A program made the translations under genes and the position numbers. From Leucoraja ocellata (Eukaryota), in assembly GCA_036785375.1 (NCBI GenBank), contig JAWMAR010001797.1, positions 1 to 64,000 of the forward strand: 64,000 nt of DNA. Reading direction: 5' to 3'. The stretch's first letter is position 1; every line of letters starts with the position of its first letter. The notes under the pieces are model-generated. The model worked only from the letters and a program-made list of their open reading frames with translations. It made no database searches and was not told where the DNA came from. Positions 40,619-51,040 of this stretch are shown here, in pieces.

Positions 40619-42997
40619 ATGGCGTACCTACCGAGGTTTGCCTGCAACGTGTTTACGTGTATGTTACTGGTATGTGCACCGCATCTAATCACCGGGCAAC
40701 TTCGTTATTCTATTCCCGAGGAAATGGAAGAAGGCGCTTTTGTTGGAAATCTCGCACAAGATCTGGGTCTGAACGTGCGGCAATTATCAGCTCGCAAATT
40801 GCGACTCGGCTCTGATGACGGTGGACGGTACATGAAGGTTGGTTTAGACAATGGGGTATTATCTATTCGTGAAAGAATCGACAGGGAGGGTATTTGTAGG
40901 CACACCGAAATGTGTACCATATATTTTAAAACAACATTAGAAAATCCCTCGGAGGTGTACCGCGGGGAAGTAGAGATTCTCGATGTAAATGACAATCCTC
41001 CCAATTTCGATGACGGAAGCATCGTCTTGCAGATATCTGAAGCGATTGCACCCGGAGTACGTTTCCGTCTTGAGAGCGCGGAAGATCCCGATATTGGAAT
41101 AAATACCGTCACCGCCTACACAATCGGTTCCAATGAGCACTTTAGTCTAAAAACGCATACAAAAGAAGATGGTATTATGGTAGCTGAGTTACTGTTAGAG
41201 AAATATTTAGACCGAGAAGTCCAATCATCATATCAACTCTTGCTTACGGCGACTGACGGTGGGATACCTCAGAGATCAGGCACAGCTCAAGTTCTCATTA
41301 CTGTATTGGACAATAATGATAATCCACCAGTGTTCGATCGAGATAATTACAGGGGCAGCTTAAGTGAGAACGCACGGCAAGGTGCCATTGTGATGAAAGT
41401 CAATGCAAATGACGCGGACGAAGGTCTGAACGCGGAGCTGACGTACTCTTTTAGTGATGTTACTTTGCGAAGAGTGGGTAATTTATTCAGATTAGACCCA
41501 CATAATGGAGAGATCCGTGTAGAAGGACCGCTGGATTTTGAAGAAGCAACTAGCTATTCTCTCGATATTCAAGCTGTAGACCACGGTTCACCTCCAATTA
41601 CTGGACACGCAAATGTGCTGATCAAAATAACTGACGTGAATGATAACGCACCCGAGATAAAGCTGACATCAGCCTCCACCAAAATCCCAGAAAATGCTCC
41701 ACCAGGAACATTCATAATGTTCATTGATGTTATTGATCGTGATTCTGGAGTGAATGGTCAAGTCCGCTGCGAGTTGTCTCATAATGTTCCTTTTAGACTA
41801 CAAAAATCATCGAACCATTATAAATTGGTTACCAGTGAAGCGTTGGACCGTGAAGTAATTTCTGAGTACACATTACCAATTTCAGCATGGGACTTGGGAT
41901 CGCCTTCACTGTCGTCAAATAAAACTATCCATATTGCAATAACCGATATAAACGATAACGCCCCGCGGTTTTCTGAATCATCCTACAACGTATATGTGAC
42001 GGAGAATAGTGCTCCGGGTGCATCCATTTTCGCAATAACTGCACTAGATCCTGATCAGGAGCAGAATTCCTATATCTCTTACTCTTTTGGGGACAATCGG
42101 ATCCAAAACCTGCCAGTATCCACTTACCTGTCTATTAACCCAATGAACGGTACTATTTACGCGCTGCGTTCTTTCGACTATGAGGAACTCAAGAACTTCC
42201 AGATCAATGTACAAGCCCGTGATGGTGGGGTGCCTCCGTTAAGCAGCAGCGCCACGGTGAATGTCATCATCCTGGATCAAAATGACAATGCGCCGGTAAT
42301 TGTTTCGCCTTTAGAACAGAGTGGATCAGTGGCAACGGAGATCGTGCCCCAATCAGCGGGTCAAGGTTATTTGGTCACCAAAATAATAGCTACAGATGCA
42401 GATTCTGGTCAGAACTCACGACTCTTACATCAGATGGTTAAATCTACCGATCCCACTTTGTTCAACGTTGGGAAGATATCCGGTGAAATCAGAACTAGTC
42501 GCAACATTTTGCAGTCCGATAATGGTTTACAGACTCTGGTCATCTTGGTCAAGGACAATGGGCAGCCAAGCCTGTCCAGTACAGTTACAATGAACATTCG
42601 AGTTTTGGAGAACAGCACTGAAGGAATCACCGAAAGCAGTAGCTTGGTGAAAAATCCAGAATATTTCTCTGATCCAAATGTTTACTTTATCATAATTTTC
42701 AGTTGCACTTCCGTTGTCTTTCTTCTGATTATCGTTCTGTTGATTGGCATCAAGTGCAAACAGGACAGAAGTATTATCCAAGGGTATAACACCCCCAGTT
42801 ATTGTTACAATCGTGGAGAGTTGCACGGCACGTTTAATGGAAGACCTGCTATAGAGGAAACTTTACGCTATCCCGGGACAGGCCGGGTTGTCCGCGTGCC
42901 GGAGCCGCATCAATACTCGGTCTGCCTGTCTCCTGAGTCAGCGAAAAGTGATTTCCTCTTCTTGAAGCCATGCGGCGCTCCCACGTCTCAGGCCTGA
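40619..42997 (+). CDS. Clustered-type protocadherin unit 6, intact, 792 aa
   Basis: ORF 40505-42997; start inferred at the conserved ggaacaATGg context (40619); full EC1-6, TM and tail. Confidence 0.95.
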   Translation: MAYLPRFACNVFTCMLLVCAPHLITGQLRYSIPEEMEEGAFVGNLAQDLGLNVRQLSARKLRLGSDDGGRYMKVGLDNGVLSIRERIDREGICRHTEMCTIYFKTTLENPSEVYRGEVEILDVNDNPPNFDDGSIVLQISEAIAPGVRFRLESAEDPDIGINTVTAYTIGSNEHFSLKTHTKEDGIMVAELLLEKYLDREVQSSYQLLLTATDGGIPQRSGTAQVLITVLDNNDNPPVFDRDNYRGSLSENARQGAIVMKVNANDADEGLNAELTYSFSDVTLRRVGNLFRLDPHNGEIRVEGPLDFEEATSYSLDIQAVDHGSPPITGHANVLIKITDVNDNAPEIKLTSASTKIPENAPPGTFIMFIDVIDRDSGVNGQVRCELSHNVPFRLQKSSNHYKLVTSEALDREVISEYTLPISAWDLGSPSLSSNKTIHIAITDINDNAPRFSESSYNVYVTENSAPGASIFAITALDPDQEQNSYISYSFGDNRIQNLPVSTYLSINPMNGTIYALRSFDYEELKNFQINVQARDGGVPPLSSSATVNVIILDQNDNAPVIVSPLEQSGSVATEIVPQSAGQGYLVTKIIATDADSGQNSRLLHQMVKSTDPTLFNVGKISGEIRTSRNILQSDNGLQTLVILVKDNGQPSLSSTVTMNIRVLENSTEGITESSSLVKNPEYFSDPNVYFIIIFSCTSVVFLLIIVLLIGIKCKQDRSIIQGYNTPSYCYNRGELHGTFNGRPAIEETLRYPGTGRVVRVPEPHQYSVCLSPESAKSDFLFLKPCGAPTSQA

Positions 42998-43488
42998 TGA
43001 TGCGTATGCTCAAGGAAGGCGCATCTTATTTGTGGTCATTTTACTCTCGAGGCATATGAATAATTCGTGAGTGAAATATTTAAGAAAATGTTGTGCATGT
43101 TTTCTATTTCATTTAAAGTGAGCATTTGTTGTCATGGTAACTTTTAGCAAATAAAGCCCATCGTCTGAGAGGTATCTGTCAACTCTGATGAAATGATATT
43201 GCTAGTTTACACGGGGCGACTTGACGCAAGATGTAGCCAGAGTGGAGTGGTCGTGGTCTAGCACGATATCACACGATATAACGGGGGGGGGGGGGGGGTA
43301 GACCAAGAGTTCCCACGGTACTCGGCTTTTCTGTTATTTGAGCGAGTGACTTCTCCGTCTGCCGAGCTTTCCCGTTAAATCTTGAATGAACTCCAAGTGT
43401 AATAAAATCATCACGTGGCACAAATGATGTCACTTTTTTTCACACACTATAAATATCCTCCCTTGGTTGAATTGGCTCAGTTGGAAAC

Positions 43489-44811
43489 ATGCCTATACTA
43501 ACTAGATTCGAGTACAGGATGGTGGTTTTTTTCATTGACGCGCTGTATGCAGCAGCCCACTATGTGCATCGAGGACGCTTGCGTGAAGCCAGAAGGATTA
43601 AAAAGAGAATCAAGAGGAAGTCTCACTGGGTGAAGCCCCTCTTTCAACGGAGACCTCAATTTGGACAATATGATCAGCTGCTTAATGTTCTATTTGAAGA
43701 GGATAAAAGTGCATTCACAAACTTTGTCAGAATTTCACCCGAGCTCTTTAATGAGCTGAAGCATAATTTGGGACCTCTGCTGAAGAAGACAGACACTGTA
43801 ATGAGAAAGGCACTGGAACCAGGGTTACGCATAGCAATCACCCTGCGCTACTTGGCCTCAGGCGATTCTTATAAAAGTTTGTCTTACAACTTTCTTGTCG
43901 CCACCAGCACCATCTGTGGTATTGTCCGAGAAACCTGTGAGGCGATCATCGAATTTTATTCAGCTGAAGTGATGGAATGCCCCAGTACACCAGATGCGTG
44001 GAAGAGAGTTGCACTTGGGTTTGAAAACAGGTGGAACTTTGCTCACACATGTGGGGCTTTGGATGGCAAGCATGTGGCTATTCGTAAACCACCGGGAGGT
44101 GGCTCAAATTATTTCAATTACAAGAAATTCCACTCAATTGTACTCTTGGCGGTGGTTGATTATAACTACAACTTCATGTATGTGGATGTGGGCACACCTG
44201 GAAGTGTTAGTGATGGCCGGATTTGGAAAGAAACATGGCTTGGAAAGAGAATGGAAGGTGGAACAGCAGGCATGCCTGATCCAGAACCTCTGCCAGGGGA
44301 AGACAGCCCGGACATCCCATATGCGATGGTTGCTGACGAAGCCTTTGCACTATGGCCGTGGATTATGAAGCCATATCCACAGAGGAATCTAACTAGGCAA
44401 CAGAGGATCTTCAATTACAGGCTGTCAAGGGCCAGGAGGGTTGTAGAAAATGCTTTTGGCATCTTGGCAAACAGATTTAGATGCTTGCTCAAGAAAATGG
44501 AGCAGAATCCCAAGAATGTGGAGAGTATAGTATATGCAGCATGTGTTCTGCACAACCTTATCCGAATGAGACGTGCAGCTGCAGGATCAGAAACATCCAC
44601 CCAGGACGGTGACGTGATGGACAGAGAAACAGGGGGAATAACATTAGGTTCATGGAGAAGTGGTGCAAACATTGCGGAAATGGTGCCACTGCAGCGTTTC
44701 AAAGGTAACTGGGGAACATACAGTGTGAAAGAGCAAAGAGACCATCTCTGCGCTTACTACAATTCACAATTGGGGAGTGTGCCGTGGCAGGACAGCCACA
44801 TTGATGGGTAG
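43489..44811 (+). CDS. Harbinger DDE transposase (HARBI1-like), 440 aa, intact
   Basis: HTH region IAITLRYLASG; catalytic motifs GALDGKH, VADEAF and RRVVENAFGIL; FNYKKFHS and ACVLHN. Confidence 0.95.
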   Translation: MPILTRFEYRMVVFFIDALYAAAHYVHRGRLREARRIKKRIKRKSHWVKPLFQRRPQFGQYDQLLNVLFEEDKSAFTNFVRISPELFNELKHNLGPLLKKTDTVMRKALEPGLRIAITLRYLASGDSYKSLSYNFLVATSTICGIVRETCEAIIEFYSAEVMECPSTPDAWKRVALGFENRWNFAHTCGALDGKHVAIRKPPGGGSNYFNYKKFHSIVLLAVVDYNYNFMYVDVGTPGSVSDGRIWKETWLGKRMEGGTAGMPDPEPLPGEDSPDIPYAMVADEAFALWPWIMKPYPQRNLTRQQRIFNYRLSRARRVVENAFGILANRFRCLLKKMEQNPKNVESIVYAACVLHNLIRMRRAAAGSETSTQDGDVMDRETGGITLGSWRSGANIAEMVPLQRFKGNWGTYSVKEQRDHLCAYYNSQLGSVPWQDSHIDG

Positions 44812-45636
44812 CCGACCACAGGAACACTACTGCATGTTAGCAGAAATGCATAGCGACTAAGCTTACTTTCTAGTGTTGTCCTCTGAAAAGTGCATCCTAT
44901 ACGATGTTCGTCCGCAAAACCTGCCATTTAGCATATTGCATTCTCCCTTTTAATGCCTGAGTTTGGGTTGTTGCGGAGGTTAATGAATATAATGTGTTTA
45001 AAACAATGTAGCGTGCCTCATTTGTTGATTTTCGTGTTTGCGAGGCCCTTTTATAGACAAATGTTTGGTGTGATGCACCTTCTCAAAATATGTGAAAGAA
45101 GTCGTCTTTTTATATTGTAAAATTGCAATAAAGACTTTGTGTCACGTTTACCGTGCTGATTGGCTTATTTTATTCCCTACGGAGAGGTGAAGCTTTCAAA
45201 CGTTTTAAATAGCTCATCAATTGATGGACCTGAACACTCACAAATGGAAATAAATGAGAATGTGATTATATCACCTAAATTCAACTATTTCGTTTCTCAG
45301 CATGAGAGGGATTCTAACATTAGAGACATTCATATTGTAGTGATGTGTTGATGAAGAATTGCAGACAGCAAGCTGATAGTGAAAAATATATTTATTTAAC
45401 AATGAGGTCAACAAACACTGAAAATCAAACTGCTGAGGTAAAAGCTTTTTCACACTTCAGGCTATCATAAAATGCGGAGCCGCCAACAGAATCAAAGTAA
45501 TGCCCAAGAGTAAAATACACACATATAAACATACATACATTTATAAAGGACTCTAGAAGTCACACAAAATGTTGAGTGGCCAACAACTAAAATAAACCAA
45601 AATGAAAACGGTTACTTAAACTCCACATTAATAATT

Positions 45637-47812
45637 CTAAAAGTCCGAGTCAGCGAAACCATCTGTCCCTTCTTGTGATGGTGTTTGTGCACGGCCCTCT
45701 CCGTAAACAAAAGGCAAAGGTGAATTTCTACCAGGCTGCTGTTCTGTAAACATCAGTGGTGATGGTGAGTGTCTCTAGAAGGAAATTAAGAAGTACATGT
45801 GAAAATTTTCTCACGGACCATAAGATTGCGGGACCTTTCATTAAAGTCCCTTTTCAACATGTGAGTTCTTTTCTTGAATCTCATTAAGATGACTCATGAA
45901 TACTTTGTTGTCCATATGCGGATGGAAATCCTTATTTCTAAAATCCAATCCCACAAAACACAATGGTTTACCTGTTCATCACGGAATTGTGGCTGTTCTC
46001 CCATTGCACGCGGCGTCCCATATCTCCTATCTGCATACTTTAGAATCACAGAGTGATGTATTAGTCAATGCATACAAAGAAGACAGATTATTAATTAGGT
46101 TTGGGAAGCACACATATATTTCTTAATACCTGGTGATAGAAGTGAGGCGGGCGAGGCTGAGGAACCAGTTGACGCTGCGCCTCAGATGCACGTGCTTTAA
46201 TTAACTGCACAGACAACACCACACATTAAAATTATGATGCTTTTTGATGTGCGAAATGAACATTTTTACCAGAAACGATGAATGAAGGCAAGAAGATTAG
46301 AATAGATCTATACCTTTTTATTTCGAAACGCGATTGCCCCATTGATCATAATCCATAAAAAATCCCAGAGTTCTTCTGAAATATCTGCTTCCATAATAGC
46401 TGAACAGAAGTCTACTGTCCTCTGCGTTACGGGGTTCGTTCTCAGACGTCCTTCCTCCAACAACTGTAAACCGTCTCGAACATTGTTATTGAGCTGAAAT
46501 TTCACAGCGCTAATATAAAACACAGAAAAATGATGGGTGTGTGCATTGTCCAATGACCATCAAGTTTATACACTCACACTTCTCATGATGTTCCCATCTG
46601 TCCCTTCTTCAGCACTTCCGGGTGTGGTGAGGTCAATACTGGACATTAGCCTACTGCGGTGCTGTTGGCTGGTGGATGGTCTCGGCGCGGAAGTCCCTTC
46701 CGCAGGATCATCGGACGCATGGTCAATGATGTGTCGTTCCTGTAGGAATCACATAAAAACATTTAGACATAGTGTCCGGAGCCTCATGAACTCACAATTT
46801 GTTGTATTAAAAGTACCTTGGGTGCGCTAGTCCTGGTCACTACACGCACAATATGCCCTGATAGGAACCTCCACTTCTCCTCGATCCACCTATTCCTCTC
46901 TGTCAGTTTGCTGCCAGCTGACCCTGTTTTGGTCCCAAGTGCGGTGACCTTTCCATAGATGGTCCTCTGATTAGTGAACCATTGCATGAGTTGGTCATCT
47001 GCATTACAGTACAGTGATGGAATTAAAAATAACTTAAAAGCATTGGATGTATTCAGTTCCATTAAAAGTTCTGGACAGTAAATAGAGGCGTGTTTAAGAG
47101 CCTGCCCTCCGCATTTAATCTGCTGATTCTTGTGCTTCTTGGAAACCTGACCACAAGTTTGTAAATACAGATGGCCCTTTTTAAGACAAACATTACAAGT
47201 GAGAATTGCCTGCCCTCATGCATGCATAATTTATTTTATGACTTAGGGAGACATGATTCCAACTGCAAACACAGAGAGTGTAAAAGCTGTCTGCGACTTT
47301 TTCACTTCGCAGCTGCAGGGCACAAACAGACTTATAAGAGATGTTTAATTTAACTGCAACAACTGCACTTTTACATATATATCCTTGTATGTTTTAAATT
47401 ATTGAATAACATTAAATGGTTCTCCTGTTGATGAACTGATATATCGTTATATATACTCACATGAACACCCGGGAAACTCCGCAGCCTTCGTCTCCAGCAG
47501 GTTCCGTTTTCTCTCCCTGTTCCTATAATCCTCTCTGGATTTATCGTACAGAATTTCGTTCAATTGGTACCATTCTACAAGTTCCCCCTCTTGTTCCCTG
47601 GAGAAGTTGTATGGCCTTACCTTCTGCCACCTTCCCTTCACATAAGCGTCTGCAGAGGCTATTCCTACAACGGCTACTGGGGAGGCAATCTGACATACAC
47701 CTTGCTCCCTCTCTCCGTGCTCCAAGGAGCCCTCAGGCAGTGTTACATCTGGCGTCTCCTGTTGCCTCTCCACCTGTCTCTCTAGCTGCATCTCCCCCTC
47801 ATTCTGCTGCAT
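45637..47812 (-). CDS. Harbinger ORF2 Myb/SANT (MADF-like) DNA-binding protein, 7 exons, ~384 aa
   Basis: Manual GT-AG model: 47812-47461, 46998-46817, 46739-46578, 46493-46314, 46204-46130, 46037-45972, 45774-45637. All junctions are phase-compatible with no internal stop; motifs LVEWYQLNEILYDKSREDYRN and LMQWFTNQRTIYGK. Confidence 0.75.
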
Positions 47813-50733
47813 GGCAAAAACATTTCTGGCTTTACCCCCTTTTTCTGAGCTTTTCTGGGAGCCATCTCTGCGTGTTCCTGTTAAAAAGATTCACCAACAA
47901 TGACAATGAGGTGGGACGTCCTCGATGGACGCGTGTTCAATTAACAACATTGAGAACACCTTTTTTACTCACCTTCCCTCCCCTCTATCCAACTTCCGGG
48001 TTCACCGTCCGCAGGAGTTCCCACGGTCACCGCAAGTGTTATTAAGGATTTCGCACGGGGCACTTCATTCATACAATGTTGCAATGCTCAACCACAAGTG
48101 CACAAGACACTCTTGGACAAATTCAAACATGTTTGAATTTTCTCCCGTGTACACAAGGTACACGATTACATGCCGTTAGCGCCACGGTGGTCCACAAATG
48201 CCGTATTGTTACCGCACGAGGTTCCCACGATGTCAAACTCGGGGTACCTCTTGCGTCAAGTCGCAACGTGAAAAGGGGGTTTTATTATTGAACGACGTAC
48301 AGATATACATTGCTGCTGGATCAATCACGTTAAGGATGCTAAATACATTTACTTGCCTAAAGTAAAATATACGATAAAGAATTCGACGTCAGCATATTCC
48401 ATATGAAATGCTGATAGGTACAGAGCAAATAACTAAATAACAAACTTAGAAGACGGAAATGAAAATATAAAGTGAATGAGAAACACAAGATGCGAAAGCT
48501 GAAAGATAAAATGATCTGCCGGGAAACTCATCAGGTGGGCCCCGAAGTGAGCTGGGATATGGATAGCTAACGTTTCAGGTTGCCCCATGCCTCCAATCTG
48601 GACTAGGGAAGTATTAGCTGGAAGAAAGCGGTAAATGGAAATGGCGAGGCAAGTGCCGGCAAGTTGAATCCAAGGAAAGGAAAACTTGGCTGGCAGATGG
48701 AAAACAACGGATGGAGATGGTCACATAGGCGGGAGATAAGATACGAAAAGGGAGAACGAGATGGTGGAATCCGATAAGAAGGGAATGTACGAAAGAAACT
48801 ATAGAAGTATGGGCAGGCAGGGCTCATGCGAAACAGTACGACGGGTAGAAGAGGATGTGAATGTGAGGACCCGTATGGATCAGCAGGAGAAGGAGGTGGG
48901 CAGACGGTAATCTACAGTTGGAACAATGCATGTTCAGGCCTTTGGATTGTAGGCCACACAAGCGGAATATAGGGTGCCGGTATTTCAGTTTGTATATGAC
49001 CTCCCTCTGCGTATGGAGTAAACTGAGGACAGAGAGACTGCATTGGAATGGGAATGTAACTGAAAATATTGCAATCAGGAGTTCCAGCTCGCCTACCAAT
49101 GACATTCAGACCAGAACTGTGCACAATACTTCAAATGCGGCCAAAGCAGTGATTTGTTCAGCCATAACAGGATATCTCAACTATTTTATTCGCAACCTAC
49201 GCTGATGAGCGCAAACGTGCCATATGCAAATGTCACCACTAGCTCCCATTTTTAAAGAACTATTTTCTTATAGCCCCAAAATATCCTTATTTCCTTCAAC
49301 TCTCAGCAATACCTTGCCTCTCACTCATTATCGTGTGTCTGTAGAGCTCACAAATCAGAAACGTCATGCAACCTACAGTAGAAACAATTTAGTATAATCT
49401 TGTCCCAACTGCTATCCTTGCCGCTGCGAATGCCATTTAGTTTAAATTTCTGAAAGATATTAGTATGTTCTATCCTTAATTCCCCATTCACACTGCTATT
49501 GAAAACTAAAACATATTTATTGGTTTGCAATTCTGAAGAAGGGCCCAGAACTGACCATTTAATTGTTCTCTTTCCTCATATAATCTGTGACCTGATGATT
49601 GTTTGAAGCCATTTGTGTTTTTTTTCTTCGTAGATGATATTTCATACATGGGTCAATAGAGTCTTGAATCATATTCTGTGCCGTTCTGCAACCGAAGTGA
49701 TTTCGATAGAACGCCCACATCTAGTGGTATAAATAATACAATACACAACCTCTGAGGATCAATGCGACATTGAGTCGCTTATATGTAAATTGCACGAAGG
49801 GAATGCTTGGAATAAGTGCACAATGAAACAAAGGGGCACAAAGTAAATAGGAATTCACAAATCGTCCAATTTTCCTGTGCTCAACCTCCCACTGACACCT
49901 TTGTACGAGTCTTCCCATTCTATCAGCCTGATTCTCTGAATTAAAACGCGCACACAAATGCAAACACTCCTGACAGAATCAATCCAAATTTACTTTCTGA
50001 TTTGTGATGGTAAAAAATGCACCTGACAATCCACTCTATTTGATTTGGAGCTGACTAATCTTTCCCCATGAACACCTTACTTGAAAGACAAAATTCCTTC
50101 ACCAGTTGGTACCGTTGAAAGCGACATGTTCACTAAATCCAGCTTTAAGAAAAGTGGCACTACAATTCTTTAAGAAATGTGACACTACAAAGAATCTCCT
50201 CAGATACTTACAATAAAGCAATAAGAAACTCTCTCAAAACAAAGTATTGGAGGAACGCAATGGGTCGGGGAAATGGACAGTCAACGATCCGGTACAGGCC
50301 CCTTATTCGATTGATTGCAGGTGCTGCGTCCCCCACTGCCTTCCTGCAGCACCGTGTATTTAGTTTTAGATTGCAGCAACTTTCATTAATGGACCCCAGC
50401 AGTGAAGAACAAAATCGTACGAAGTTTCAAAATAAATATATTTCGTTTCAAATCTTAATTGCAATTGCCAGAGGCCAACATATGATGTAGAGAGTGTTTC
50501 CACATAATATTTTAATCAAATATTATGTATTCGTTCTCAGAAGCACAGAAAAAAGTTGTTCATGTTTTGAGTGAATGGATCCTTTCAGATAGTATCAAGG
50601 ATTTTCAGCTCACAATGCACTCCGTACGTGTCTGCTTTGACTATCAAAGTTAAATGCTGAAAACAAATCGAACCGTTATTTGCAGGAATTGGAGGTTATG
50701 GTTGTAGACCGTTAAATATTTAGGGGAACAGTC

Positions 50734-50832
50734 CAGCTTTAAGAATTACAACTGTAGTTATTGAAACGAACTGGTCGTGTCGCTGTCTACCAATAAGAAG
50801 CTCCAGTGCACAGATGGATCCATTGCCCCTCC
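50734..50832 (+). promoter_or_regulatory. Pcdh promoter CSE block
   Basis: CGCT at 50781, 260 bp before the ATG at 51041. Confidence 0.85.
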
Positions 50833-51040
50833 CACTGCCCAGAACAAAAACGTCAGACACGACGAGAAAGGCGAGCAGTGGCCGCGTTTTGGTGGCAGAA
50901 TAAAGCAGAGAAGGATAGATTTACCGTGTGTTTCCTTACGGCTTTCAGGATATGTGATTTTCTTTATCTTGTGGTAAGAACATTTTTTACGGATCACCCG
51001 AGGAGAGGCGTGGTTTTGGACATTAGCTGACTGCGGAACA

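Larger units (their letters stand above)
43204..48281. mobile_element. PIF/Harbinger DNA transposon (~5.1 kb, two convergent genes)
   Basis: Inverted core gcgacttgacgcaaga at 43216-43231 and 48249-48264; TTA at the right end (48282-48284); empty site tgcTTAttattg at ~18171-18182 in the duplicate. Confidence 0.92.

Noticed and set aside
43489-44811. Domesticated host HARBI1 gene
   Set aside because: It has TIRs, a TTA target, a partner ORF2 and an empty site in the sister duplicate, so it is a transposon copy.
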